Position numbers and translations under genes: made by a program. The notes beneath the pieces were generated by a model. The model did no database searches and had not been told where the DNA came from. It saw nothing but the letters and a program-made list of their open reading frames with translations. A stretch of DNA of 32,000 nucleotides, taken from NCBI GenBank assembly GCA_964475045.1, contig CAYYVD010000005.1, positions 1-32,000 of the forward strand. The letters run 5' to 3'. The stretch is from an uncultured Desulfobacterales bacterium (GTDB lineage: Bacteria; Desulfobacterota; DSM-4660; Desulfatiglandales; HGW-15). The stretch's first letter is position 1; every line of letters begins with the position of its first letter. Below are positions 8,358 to 17,786 of the stretch, one piece after another.

Positions 8358-9767
8358 CTACAGCCCCAGCTCCTTCCATCGGGACTCCACTCGTTTCCTC
8401 ACCTCGGGATCCAGCTCGATTTGAATGGGTTTTTGTTTCCACTCGTACGGAATGGTGGCGTCCAGCAGCAGCCGGCCGGTGATCTCCCGTGCGTCGATGG
8501 GCAGGGAAGGATCCAGGGGCGTGGACCGTCCCCGTTTGATGACCTGGGAGCGGTTGGGCTGGAACCGGAAGCTCAGGGCGTACATGACCCTGGGAATATC
8601 CCAGGAATCGATGTCCTCGTCCACCACAATCACGGTCTTGAGCCCGTAAGCGCCCATCTCCGTGGAAACCGCCGCCGTGAGCACCTGGTCCGCATGCCCC
8701 GGGTACATGGTCTTCATGGAGATGATGGCCAGGAACCGTCCCGATCCCTCGGGCGGGCAGTAAACCGACTTGATCCCGGGGATATGCATCTCGTCCGCGA
8801 GCTGCTGCCACAGGGTGGCGCCGTAGGACAGGGCCATGACCATGTGGGTGTCCGTGACCGCACGACCCACCGTGGTGCAGTACATGATGGGGTTGTCGCG
8901 ATGGGTCACGCACTTGATGTCCATGTAGTTCCGGGGGTCCGTGCCCACACCCGAGTAATAGCCCGTGTACTCGCCGAAGGGACCCTCGTCCATGAACTTC
9001 TCGGCGTCACACTCGCCTTCCAGCACGATCTCGGCATGGGCCGGGATGGGAAGATCCACGGTTTCGCCCTGCACCACCTCGCAGGCCTCGCCGCGGATGG
9101 AGCCGTACACGTCGTACTCGCTGATGCCGGCCGAGACCCGGGCCGCCCCGAGAATGAAGAGCAGCGGGTCGCATCCGATGATCGAGGCACAGGGCATGGG
9201 CTTGCCCATGGCCTGGTACTTCTTGAGCATCTGATCGGCGTGCTTTCCCTTGATGAACTGGGTCCCGATCTTGTCCTTGCCCAGCAGCTGGGAACGGTAC
9301 GTGCCCAGGTTCACCCAGCCGGTGTCGGGGTCCTTGGTGAGAATGAAGTGGGCCGTGCCGATGTAGCGTCCCCCGTCCATGGGAAAGAAGTGGGGCACGG
9401 GAAACCTGTAGAGGTCCACGTCGTCGCCCGTGATGATGTTCTGCTTGCAGGGGGCGTCCTTCTTGTCCACCCACTTGGGCGGAATGGGGTTGTGCCCCAT
9501 GTCCACCCACGCCCTGAGGATCTCCGGCAGCGGTGTCTCCTTGGGCCTGCCGAGGATGAGGGCCAGCTTCTGGGCGGTGGTGCACGTGGAGGTGATCACG
9601 GGTGTGTCGTAGTCCTTGACGTTCTCGAAGAGCAGGGCCGGACCGTGGGCTTCCTCGTTGAGCTTGGCAATGTGAGAGAGCTCCAGGTTCCAGTCCACCT
9701 CGGCGGTGATGCGTTTGAGTTCCCCTTCTTTTTCCGCCAATTCGATGAAATCACGCATGCTTTTCAT
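8358..9767 (-). CDS. UbiD-family prFMN-dependent (de)carboxylase (phenylphosphate carboxylase alpha/beta-like)
   Basis: 469 aa with AEIVLEGECD...EGPFGEYTGYY, the UbiD signature. The size matches the PpcA/PpcB class. Confidence 0.9.
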   Translation of the reverse strand: MKSMRDFIELAEKEGELKRITAEVDWNLELSHIAKLNEEAHGPALLFENVKDYDTPVITSTCTTAQKLALILGRPKETPLPEILRAWVDMGHNPIPPKWVDKKDAPCKQNIITGDDVDLYRFPVPHFFPMDGGRYIGTAHFILTKDPDTGWVNLGTYRSQLLGKDKIGTQFIKGKHADQMLKKYQAMGKPMPCASIIGCDPLLFILGAARVSAGISEYDVYGSIRGEACEVVQGETVDLPIPAHAEIVLEGECDAEKFMDEGPFGEYTGYYSGVGTDPRNYMDIKCVTHRDNPIMYCTTVGRAVTDTHMVMALSYGATLWQQLADEMHIPGIKSVYCPPEGSGRFLAIISMKTMYPGHADQVLTAAVSTEMGAYGLKTVIVVDEDIDSWDIPRVMYALSFRFQPNRSQVIKRGRSTPLDPSLPIDAREITGRLLLDATIPYEWKQKPIQIELDPEVRKRVESRWKELGL

Positions 9768-9951
9768 GTCTGCCTCGCCTCCTGATGGAAAGAATGGTTG
9801 CCGAACCGATGGGAACCCTCGCTCTCACGAGGCCTCCCGGGCCCCCTCGTGGGCCGGGGATGGTCGTTCCCCCACCTATTGAAGAGCCGCATGAGCCGCC
9901 TGTCCGCTCGCCGCCGTTTTCGCGGCTGAGGGCGGCGTTCCGCTCCGCGGC

Positions 9952-11022
9952 TTATCCCTTCAACTTGATTCGTTTCATGGCCTGGGCCATGAGGAGATCC
10001 CGGCCGCTTTTCTTTCCCAGCTTGGACTCCGTCTTTCTCTGACTCCACACGGTCTCCGGGCGGCCCTGGACGATGAAGATGTTCTCGGGGAAGGGCTCCG
10101 CCTCATCGATGGCCCACTCGATGTCCATGGGAACCCCGTAATGCTTTTCGATCTGCTTGGCCAGCTTGGTCAGCTCTCTGGTCTCCCGGTCCTCGAGACA
10201 GCAGAGGCACCCCTTTTCGGGATCCAGCTCCGCCTCCATGACCTCTCCGTGCTCCGGATCGAACACGCAGGCCACGTGCTTGGTGGAAACGTTCTTGTCG
10301 GTGGGCTCCAGCAGCACCTTGTCCATGGTGAACCGGTCGGGGTTCACCGTTCCGCCCACCACGGTCTCGCCGAGTCCCCAGGCCCCTTCGATGACGACCT
10401 TGGACACATCCCCGTCCGTGGGGTTCAGGGAGAACATCACGCCCGCGCACTTGGCGTTCACCATCTTCTGGACGCCCACGCTGATGAAGACCTTTTCGTG
10501 GGGAAAATCATTCCGAATGCGGTAGCTCACGGCCCGGGGCGTGAAGAGACTGGCCCAGCAGTCCTGCACCCTCTTCAGGACCCGGTCCGTGCCGACGACC
10601 CACAGGTGGGTGTCCTGCTGCCCGGCGAAGCTCGCCGTGGGCAGGTCCTCGGCCGTGGCGCTCGAGCGCACGGCCACGGGAAGGTTCTCCTCGGAGCACC
10701 TGAGGCAGAGCCCGGCATACGCCTCGGTGACGGCCGAGCGCATGTCCTCCGGCATGGGGGCGTTTCGAATGAGCTCCTGCACCTGCTCGCTGGCCTTGTG
10801 CACCGCGTCCACCGCTCCCAGCTGAAGCCCGGACAGCAGCTCGTACATCCGTTCCAGAATGCCCGTTCGATGAATGAAGTCCTCGTAGCAGGTGGTGGTG
10901 ACCGCGAAACCCGGCGGCACCCGGATGCCCGCCTTGAGCATTTCCCCCAGGCTGGCGTTCTTCCCGCCCACCAGCGCCAGGGAACCCTTGTCGAGGTTCT
11001 CGAATCGTTCCGTGTAGCTCAT
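9952..11022 (-). CDS. PEP/pyruvate-binding (ATP-grasp) domain protein, phenylphosphate-synthase beta-like (pair 1)
   Basis: 356 aa (~40 kDa). LVGGKNASLGEMLKAGIRVPPGFAVTT is the N-terminal nucleotide-binding part of PEP synthase. It has no phosphohistidine domain. Confidence 0.85.
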   Translation of the reverse strand: MSYTERFENLDKGSLALVGGKNASLGEMLKAGIRVPPGFAVTTTCYEDFIHRTGILERMYELLSGLQLGAVDAVHKASEQVQELIRNAPMPEDMRSAVTEAYAGLCLRCSEENLPVAVRSSATAEDLPTASFAGQQDTHLWVVGTDRVLKRVQDCWASLFTPRAVSYRIRNDFPHEKVFISVGVQKMVNAKCAGVMFSLNPTDGDVSKVVIEGAWGLGETVVGGTVNPDRFTMDKVLLEPTDKNVSTKHVACVFDPEHGEVMEAELDPEKGCLCCLEDRETRELTKLAKQIEKHYGVPMDIEWAIDEAEPFPENIFIVQGRPETVWSQRKTESKLGKKSGRDLLMAQAMKRIKLKG

Positions 11023-11090
11023 GCTGTCGCCTTTCCATGGTTCGGCCGGGGGATGTGCAGTCCCCCGTCGCGATTGGAACGTCCCTCAGG

Positions 11091-12953
11091 CTAGCCGACG
11101 CGTTCCAGGACGGTCACCACCCCGGTGTCGCCGTCCACCCGGATGATGTCCCCGGTCTTGATGCCGGCCGTGGCGATTCCCGTGCCCGTGACCGCAGGGA
11201 CCCCGTACTCCCGGCACACGATGGCGGCGTGGCTGGTCAGGCCCCCGATGTCGGTCACCGCACCGCGAATCTTGGCGAACACCGGCGCCCAGGACGGGTT
11301 GGTGTTGGGACAGACGAGGATCTCGCCGTCCTGGAGGTCCGTGATGTCCTTGAGGAGCTTCAGGACCCGGGCCGGACCTTCGTTCACGCCGGCCGAGGCC
11401 GCGAACCCCTTGATCTCGGAAAGGTCCTTGGCATCCTCGGCGGACACGCCCTTGAGCCACTCCTGGACCTTGTCTGTGGTGACGCCCCAGAGCATGATGG
11501 TGAAGGGCTCGGCCACCTCCTCGGGCGGGACGCCCAGGGCGGGGGGCGGGCTCCATTGCTGTGCGGCCTCCAGGATTTTTCTCCGCTTGGCCACCTTGGC
11601 CTTGTAGTACTGCCCGCGCACCGGAATGCCCTCGCCCAGGGCCCAGCCGGTGGACAGCTCGGTCAGGAGCTCCGGGATCTCGTAGCGGTGGAACATGAAG
11701 ATGTCGTCCGCCTCTTCGATGAAACCGTGATTCACCAGGAGCTGACCGAAGGTCCGCACCTTCTCGAACCAGATGGTGTGAAACCAGTGCTCCACCCAGA
11801 ACAGGTGATCCTCGGCGTAGCGGTAGATGGTGCGAATGGTGTTGTAGGCGTCGTCAAAGGACTTGCGGTCCTCGTCCGTGGAGATGAGGTCCAGGTACTG
11901 TCCGACGACCTTTTCCCGCTCCTGGTCGATGCTCTCGATGTTGCGCTCGATGGTCTCGCCCTTGTCCAGCAGGTTGAGGTATCCCTGGATGTAGCTGAAG
12001 GGGATGTCGAGGGTGTTGCACCAGCTGCCCTCGTAGTGGAACCACCCGCTGCCGCAGGACACGGAGAACCACGGGTCCTTGGCCTTCTCCAGCTCGGCGA
12101 GCCACTTGCGGCCGTCCTCGGTCCCTTCCAGCTCCTGAATCTTAACCTCGGCGCTCTTCTCGGCCTGGAGAACCTCCTTGACGGCCGGCAGGGAGTCGGC
12201 GAGCCGGGAGAGGCGGCAGAGCTCTTCCTCCGGCCTGAACATGGAGACGTACGCGCCGGCCACCATCTTGCCGATGGCGCTCTCGCTGATGCCCGGGAAG
12301 AGCTTGCGGCACACGTCGCCGAACATGAGGTAAGCCAGGTAGCTCAGGTTCAGCATCTCGAAGTGATACTGCCAGGCCTTGATCATGAGGTTGACCATGC
12401 GATCGAAGGTCTCGAGGATGTCGTAGGAGATGTAGCATCCCGTGGGCGCCGGGAGCACCTCCTCTTCCGGGACGTACTTGGGAAAGGCCGTGGGAATGTC
12501 CAGGCCCTTCATTTCCTCGCCCAGGGCCTTGAACTTGGTCAACCACTTGTCCCACATCTCGTCGTAGTGCTCGAAGATGTAGAAGACACGCTTTTCGAAA
12601 TGGGCCGCTTTCTCGCCGATGATCTCGTCGGGCGGCGGGGCCACGGCGCAGATGTAGAGGTAGCCGCCCACCAGGCGCTGGGCGATGCCCTGGGCCGGTG
12701 GAATACAGAAGACGCGTGTGGTGTACTGGGAGAGGGAGATTTGCCAGGCCTCCTGAAAGATGAGGTCCAGGGGCGGCATGGGGTCGGGTGCGTGGATCTT
12801 ATCCTGGTACCAGAAGTTGGACTTTTCCCAGTCCGAACGTTCTCCCAAGGTGAACAGGAAATGGGAGGGGTACATCTCCTCCCAGCCTTCGAGCTCCGGT
12901 GGAACCTGAAAATCGTGTGGATCCGGGAACCTTCCTGCCTTGTCTTCTGCCAT
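11091..12953 (-). CDS. PEP-utilising mobile-domain protein, phenylphosphate-synthase alpha-like (pair 1)
   Basis: 620 aa (~70 kDa) with C-terminal GGLTSHAAIVCREYGVPAV (phosphohistidine codon at 11229-11231). The N-terminal region is PDPHDF..EGWEEMYPSHFLF. GGGAGG sits 6 nt upstream of the ATG. Confidence 0.85.
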   Translation of the reverse strand: MAEDKAGRFPDPHDFQVPPELEGWEEMYPSHFLFTLGERSDWEKSNFWYQDKIHAPDPMPPLDLIFQEAWQISLSQYTTRVFCIPPAQGIAQRLVGGYLYICAVAPPPDEIIGEKAAHFEKRVFYIFEHYDEMWDKWLTKFKALGEEMKGLDIPTAFPKYVPEEEVLPAPTGCYISYDILETFDRMVNLMIKAWQYHFEMLNLSYLAYLMFGDVCRKLFPGISESAIGKMVAGAYVSMFRPEEELCRLSRLADSLPAVKEVLQAEKSAEVKIQELEGTEDGRKWLAELEKAKDPWFSVSCGSGWFHYEGSWCNTLDIPFSYIQGYLNLLDKGETIERNIESIDQEREKVVGQYLDLISTDEDRKSFDDAYNTIRTIYRYAEDHLFWVEHWFHTIWFEKVRTFGQLLVNHGFIEEADDIFMFHRYEIPELLTELSTGWALGEGIPVRGQYYKAKVAKRRKILEAAQQWSPPPALGVPPEEVAEPFTIMLWGVTTDKVQEWLKGVSAEDAKDLSEIKGFAASAGVNEGPARVLKLLKDITDLQDGEILVCPNTNPSWAPVFAKIRGAVTDIGGLTSHAAIVCREYGVPAVTGTGIATAGIKTGDIIRVDGDTGVVTVLERVG

Positions 12954-13228
12954 GGTGCACCTCCCTGTCTGAAAACGATTTCGGATTGGGCCGCCCTGTC
13001 CGGGCGACGGGCCGTGGCGTCAGTGAGCCTCGAGAAGCGCTCACAAGAACACAGGAAGCTTTGGAACCCCCTCTCGGAGAAGGACGGGGGGCTGGTCGCG
13101 GTGCCGCCGGTCTCGGGACGGCGGCAGGGGGCACGGCCCGCGCGCGTGAAGATCCCCTTTTTGAAAGTGCCGGCAGGGACGCGGCAGAGGTGGTTCCCGA
13201 GGCACAAGGTGACCAATACACGAAATTC

Positions 13229-13271
13229 TGTCAAATTCATTTTGGTTATGGTATTCATAAGCTCAGCTTAT
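13229..13271 (-). promoter_or_regulatory. LysR-type operator plus -35-like hexamer, copy A (between the ppsA-like-1 operon and lysR-1)
   Basis: ATAAGctcagCTTAT (13257-13271) is a T-N11-A dyad. TGTCAA (13229-13234) reads TTGACA on the minus strand, 22 nt from the dyad. Copies B and C share this architecture. Confidence 0.65.
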
Positions 13272-13318
13272 TTATAGAAAACCGATGATAACCCCTGCTT
13301 TTGCTTTTGGGAGGCCCG

Positions 13319-14314
13319 ATGATCAACCTGAATCAGCTCCGTGTGTTCTACCACGCCGCCAAGCACCAGAACTTCACCCGGGCCTCCGAGGAGCTCCACA
13401 TCACCCAGCCCGGCGTGACGTCCCAGGCCAGGCTGTTCGAAGGCACGTGCAACCTGGTGCTGTTCAAGAAGAAGGGGCGGCGGGTCTTTCTCACGGACGA
13501 AGGGAAGGTCCTGTACGAATACGCCCGAAAGATCTTCGAGATCGAAAAGGAGCTGGAGGATGCAGTGGAGGAGCTCCGCGCCCTCAAACGGGGCATGTTG
13601 CGTCTCGGGACCACCAAGGCCTATGCCCACTACTTCATGCCCGCCCTGATCACGGGTTACCACCAGGAGTATCCCAACATCCGCATCATCCTGGACGAGG
13701 GCAGCTCCCGGGACATGATTCGCAGCCTCCTCGAGTTCAAAAACGAGATCGCCGTCATCGCCAAGGCCGAGGACCACCCGGACGTGGCCTTCACCCCGTT
13801 CAGCCAGGAGGAGCTGGTTCTGATCGTCCCGCCCGACCACCCCTGGACCCGGCGCAGGTCCGTGAGGATCGAAGAGTTGGCCCCCGAGCCCATCATCATG
13901 AAGGACACGGGGTCCGGAACCCGCAGGGTGATCAACGACCTGTTCGCCCGCAACGGCTACGAGCCCAATGTGCTCATGGAGACGAGCAACACCGAGTTCA
14001 TCAAGGACCTCGTGCATCGGGGGGAGGCCGTCTCGTTTCTCGTGCACGAGTCCGTGGTTCTCGAGCTTCGGGCGGGCCGAATCGGCTCGGTCCGCCTGGA
14101 GGGCATCCGTCTGACCCTCGACGTGAGCATCGCCCACCTGAAGGACCAGCACCTCTCTCCCGCGGCCAAGGCCTTTCTCGACATCCTGCACGGCCTGTCG
14201 GTCTCCAGCATGCCCTACCAGGGCCTCGGCGCCATGATGACCGCCATGCTGGCCCGGCGTAAGCGGAACGCCGGAAGAAAAGGGAAGGGTGGCAAACCGA
14301 TGCCCGATCCTTGA
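13319..14314 (+). CDS. LysR-family transcriptional regulator 1
   Basis: INLNQLRVFYHAAKHQNFTRASEELHITQPGVTSQ is the winged-HTH, followed by a typical LysR substrate-binding domain. GGGAGG sits 4 nt before ATG 13319 (the track's TTG at 13301 is less likely). The C-terminus carries a basic extension of about 35 aa. Confidence 0.9.
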   Translation: MINLNQLRVFYHAAKHQNFTRASEELHITQPGVTSQARLFEGTCNLVLFKKKGRRVFLTDEGKVLYEYARKIFEIEKELEDAVEELRALKRGMLRLGTTKAYAHYFMPALITGYHQEYPNIRIILDEGSSRDMIRSLLEFKNEIAVIAKAEDHPDVAFTPFSQEELVLIVPPDHPWTRRRSVRIEELAPEPIIMKDTGSGTRRVINDLFARNGYEPNVLMETSNTEFIKDLVHRGEAVSFLVHESVVLELRAGRIGSVRLEGIRLTLDVSIAHLKDQHLSPAAKAFLDILHGLSVSSMPYQGLGAMMTAMLARRKRNAGRKGKGGKPMPDP

Positions 14315-14343
14315 GGCAGGGGCGGGAAAAGAAAGGACGGGGA

Positions 14344-15210
14344 ATGAGCGACGGTGCATTCTACGATGTGGTCGTGGCCGGGGCAGGGCCTGGGGGGGGC
14401 ATGGCTGCAAAGGCGTGTGCCGAGGCCGGCCTGAAAACGGTGCTCCTCGAGATGCGGGGCCTTCCCCGGGACAAGGTGTGCACCGGCATGATCATGGCCC
14501 CCTGGTGTGGTGCTCTCCTGACCTCCGAGTTCGGCCCGGTTCCGTTCCGGCGGTTCTACGACGGGGCCCTGGACATGGATCGCAAGGTCATTCACTGGCT
14601 CTTCCCCCGGTCCCGGCCGAGGCCGCGGTTCGATCTGGTGCACAAGGGGGAGGGGTTCCTGCTGGAAGGGAGCGGCGTACGCGATCTCGATGAGGAGATC
14701 CCGGCCATCCTCGCCGAGTACGGCTTTCGCGGGGACCGGCGGCCTGCTTGGAGGGACGGGTGTCTTGTGGCCCGGCTTCACGGCCCGCTCATCGACGGCG
14801 TGTTTCGCCCTGCAGCCGGGCGGGTGCTCCTGGTGGGCGATGCTGCAGGACTGATCCTACCGGTGACCTTCGAGGGCATCGGGACCGCCCTCGAAAGCGG
14901 GAGACTGGCGGCCGAGACCATTCAAAAAGCCGTCTGCGGGGGCGGGGAGGCGGCGGAAGGCTACCTGGCCGAGCTGGCTCCGCTCCTGGCCATGATCAGA
15001 CGGTTGTGCCGCCTGGAGGCAAGGTTGGAGCAGACGGCCGAGACGAAGACCGGAGGCCTGGCCGAGGCCCTGGCGTCGGCCTATGGCGAGGCCATGGAGG
15101 ACCCGCGCCCGGCGTCGGGACCCGGGAGGGGCGGCCTTCACGAACGTTGGGACGCACCCGGTGCCAGGAGGACCGGATCGAGCCGGGCCGCGCCGAAGCG
15201 CTCGCAGTAA
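14344..15210 (+). CDS. Atypically short geranylgeranyl-reductase-like FAD-dependent oxidoreductase (possibly an internally deleted remnant)
   Basis: It has YDVVVAGAGPGGGMAAKACAEAGLKTVLLE (GxGxxG), RDKVCTGMI and RVLLVGDAAGLILPVTFEGIGTALESG. Only about 160 aa separate the N-terminus from the GDAAG motif, where I recall roughly 280 aa in typical members. The junk-like tail overlaps the convergent DUF89 gene by 73 bp. Confidence 0.5.
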   Translation: MSDGAFYDVVVAGAGPGGGMAAKACAEAGLKTVLLEMRGLPRDKVCTGMIMAPWCGALLTSEFGPVPFRRFYDGALDMDRKVIHWLFPRSRPRPRFDLVHKGEGFLLEGSGVRDLDEEIPAILAEYGFRGDRRPAWRDGCLVARLHGPLIDGVFRPAAGRVLLVGDAAGLILPVTFEGIGTALESGRLAAETIQKAVCGGGEAAEGYLAELAPLLAMIRRLCRLEARLEQTAETKTGGLAEALASAYGEAMEDPRPASGPGRGGLHERWDAPGARRTGSSRAAPKRSQ

Positions 15211-16022
15211 GGGCGACACTTGGACAACAGCAGAAAGGCGGTCTTGTCCAGGATGGAGCGCGGCTCCTCGCCGAAAGAGTCGAAGTTGCCCCCTCCTTTG
15301 GAGATGATCAGGTCGCACGCCTCGATCCGGCGCCGGACCTCGGGTGAGCACCGCGCCAGTCGCGTTCCCGGGAAGGGCCCGGAAATTCCGTTCTCCATCA
15401 CCGGCAGGTCCTCTTCCAGCCCCGCGGAACCGATCTCGCCCAGGGTGACGTCGTTCATGGCCGGGCGGCTGCGCACCACCAGCACCACCTCTTTGCCCTC
15501 CTGTCGGAGCCGCTCCATCAGAAGGCCGTCCAGGACGATCTCCCCGGCGTTGTCGGCGAGGTAGACGATGGACCGGCTGCGGTCCAGGCGGCGGCGGAAG
15601 GCTCGAATCGCCTCAGGACGAAGGAGACGGGTCTCCAGCTCGGCGTCCAGCGTCTCGGGGCGGTCCGCCAGCATCAGGTCCACCGCATTGCCCAGGACCG
15701 CAAGACGGAGGGCGAGCTCCAGAGGGTCGCCGGCCTGGGAAACCTTCCCCTGGAGTCGGGGCTTCACATCGAGCATGGCCCGGTTCTGCCTCTGCTTGAG
15801 GTCCCGAAAGGGGTCCTGATCTCCCAGGGTGCCCGAAAGAATGTCCAGGACGGCTTCGATCACGTCCGGGCTGGTGACATCCCACGCGTGGCCGCAGAGC
15901 GCCGGGATCCGGGCGATCCGCGTGCAGACCTTGCGCATGCTTTCCTCGGGCAGCCCGATCTCGTGCATGCCCGAGACGGCCATCTGAAACACGCATGGAA
16001 TACAGTCCGGCTGAATGCGCAT
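15138..16022 (-). CDS. DUF89 (ARMT1-like) metal-dependent phosphatase family protein
   Basis: 294 aa. YLADNAGEIVLD and ISKGGGNFDSF match the DUF89 metal/phosphate-binding motifs as I recall them. The start lies 3 nt after the upstream stop. Confidence 0.8.
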   Translation of the reverse strand: MRIQPDCIPCVFQMAVSGMHEIGLPEESMRKVCTRIARIPALCGHAWDVTSPDVIEAVLDILSGTLGDQDPFRDLKQRQNRAMLDVKPRLQGKVSQAGDPLELALRLAVLGNAVDLMLADRPETLDAELETRLLRPEAIRAFRRRLDRSRSIVYLADNAGEIVLDGLLMERLRQEGKEVVLVVRSRPAMNDVTLGEIGSAGLEEDLPVMENGISGPFPGTRLARCSPEVRRRIEACDLIISKGGGNFDSFGEEPRSILDKTAFLLLSKCRPYCERFGAARLDPVLLAPGASQRS

Positions 16023-16025
16023 GGG

Positions 16026-16685
16026 CTAAAAGCTCTTCATCATCTCACGCATGATGTAAGGCACCTCGATGCGGCCGGTGGGAGCGAGGATGCGGCTGCT
16101 GTACTCCGTGCCGTAGGCCTTCTTGAGGGTTCGGACCAGGCGGCGGAACTCGGAGGTGTCGATGGCCGCTGCGATGTCATGGATGTTCCGGGCGGTGCAC
16201 TCCGCCAGAATGCGCGGCCCCGATCCGACGGCCAGTCGCCACCCTCCGGTGATGGGCACCTTCAGATTCCGCATGGCCGGCACACACTCCTCCTTGACGA
16301 AGCGGTCGTGCTCCTCCTCTTTGCCCGGGACGATGTTGTAGTACTGGTTGAACTTCCACGCTCCGGCGCGAATTTTGTAAGGCTCCTGGTGGATCTTTCC
16401 CGTGGGGACCCAGACCTTGCTCGAGTAGTCGGAGACGAGACGGATCAGGGTTTGGAACACGATGCGGTACTCCCGCTTGGCCAGGGCCTCGATCAGGCTT
16501 TCGTTTCGGTCCACGGTGGCCACGGCCACGACCCTGGGGCCCTGCCCCACAGCCACGTAATAGCCGCCCAGGAGGCGGATGCCCAGCTGCTCCAGGGTCG
16601 GATTGAACTCATTGGTGACGAATGTCGAGTACTCGTCGAAGTGGTTGGTTTTCACGTCCCAGTACTGGGTGAAGAGGATGGTCAT
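16026..16685 (-). CDS. Internally duplicated (2 x ~105 aa) alpha+beta-barrel-like protein (NIPSNAP/Dabb-like), function unknown
   Basis: The two halves align at about 30% identity: FTQYWDV...GGYYVAVGQGPRV...EYR...YSSKVWVPTGKI against FNQYYNI...GGWRLAVGSGPRI...EFR...YSSRILAPTGRI. AGGAG sits 7 nt upstream of the ATG. Confidence 0.7.
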   Translation of the reverse strand: MTILFTQYWDVKTNHFDEYSTFVTNEFNPTLEQLGIRLLGGYYVAVGQGPRVVAVATVDRNESLIEALAKREYRIVFQTLIRLVSDYSSKVWVPTGKIHQEPYKIRAGAWKFNQYYNIVPGKEEEHDRFVKEECVPAMRNLKVPITGGWRLAVGSGPRILAECTARNIHDIAAAIDTSEFRRLVRTLKKAYGTEYSSRILAPTGRIEVPYIMREMMKSF

Positions 16686-16730
16686 GGCAGGCTCCTTCCC
16701 GGTGCTTTGGCCTCGCTCGGTGTTCGTTGT

Positions 16731-17759
16731 TCACATCTTGAAGACGCGGGTCATGAGCTCGGCGAGGTACTCTGAGTCTTTTTCCTTTTTCGGCGTGAAC
16801 TTGGCCGGCCGCGTCTGGACCCAGAAGAGGTTCTCCGGAAACGCCAGGTCCCGGTCGAAGACCCACTCCATGTCCTGGGGCATGTCGAAGTGGGCTTCCA
16901 CGTTCAGGGCGATGCGGACAATCTCCCGGACCTCCTCCTCCTCGAGACAGGGCTTCTCCCGAAGCTCGGGGGGAACGGCGGTGACGGCCGTCCCCCGGGC
17001 CTTGTAAGCCACCATCTTGGGCTTCGGGTTGATGGTGCTGTGGATCTGCCCGGTCTTCTTGTCCACGATGAAGGAGTCCGGAGTGATCTCTCCGCTCACC
17101 ACGCTTTCTCCGAGGCCCCAGTTCCCCTCGATGACCACGCCGGTCAGGTCGCCCGTGATGGGGATCACGGTGAGCGCGACGCCCGCGCACTTGGCGTTGA
17201 CCATCTTGAGGACCGCCACCCCGATGGGAGCCTTGTCCATGGGCATTCCCTTTTCCAGGCGGAAGGCGATGGCCCGGGTGGTGAAGGCGCTTCCCCACAC
17301 CTGGATCACCTTTTCCGCCACCTCGTCCTCTCCCTGGACGTTCAGGTAGGTCTCCATCTGACCGGGCATGCTCACGGCTCCGCTCGAGCGGGTCGCCACG
17401 GCCACATCCGGGCCTCCCGACGCTTCACAGACCCGGAGGTAGTGCTCGGAAAGCTCCCTCTTCATGGCCGGGGGCATGGTCCTCGCCTGGATGAGGTTCC
17501 GAATATAGCGGCTGGCTTCCACCTGGGCCTGCACATTGTGGTGAAGACGCTGCTCGTTCTGGCTCACGTAGTCCTGGATCTCCCGGCCCGTTCCGGTCTC
17601 CTCCATGAAGCGTTCGTAGCCCTCCACGGACACGGCAAAACCGGGCGGGACCCGCATTCCGAGGTGGGTCATTTCTCCGAGGTTTGCGCTCTTCTTGCCC
17701 ACCAGGTCGTTGTGCTGGCTCCGGAGCTCTTCGAGACGGTAAATCCATGGTTTCGTCAT
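16731..17759 (-). CDS. PEP/pyruvate-binding (ATP-grasp) domain protein, PpsB-like (pair 2)
   Basis: 342 aa with LVGKKSANLGEMTHLGMRVPPGFAVSV. It is collinear with the pair-1 beta-like protein. AGGAG sits 9 nt upstream. Confidence 0.85.
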   Translation of the reverse strand: MTKPWIYRLEELRSQHNDLVGKKSANLGEMTHLGMRVPPGFAVSVEGYERFMEETGTGREIQDYVSQNEQRLHHNVQAQVEASRYIRNLIQARTMPPAMKRELSEHYLRVCEASGGPDVAVATRSSGAVSMPGQMETYLNVQGEDEVAEKVIQVWGSAFTTRAIAFRLEKGMPMDKAPIGVAVLKMVNAKCAGVALTVIPITGDLTGVVIEGNWGLGESVVSGEITPDSFIVDKKTGQIHSTINPKPKMVAYKARGTAVTAVPPELREKPCLEEEEVREIVRIALNVEAHFDMPQDMEWVFDRDLAFPENLFWVQTRPAKFTPKKEKDSEYLAELMTRVFKM

Positions 17760-17786
17760 GTGATCTCACTCCTTTTGGGTCGGGCG

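Noticed and set aside
12982-12990. 9-mer CGGATTGGG shared by the two long leaders (12982-12990 and 22960-22968), considered as a conserved leader element.
   Set aside because: A single 9-mer match between two ~270-nt GC-rich regions is within chance expectation. Its distances to the start codons differ and the flanks do not align.
13201-13216. Sigma-54-like element TTGGTCACCTTGTGCC (minus strand) just downstream of the copy-A TTGACA.
   Set aside because: The GG-to-GC spacing is one nucleotide shorter than the strict -24/-12 geometry (TGGCAC-N5-TTGC). No enhancer-binding protein gene is visible.
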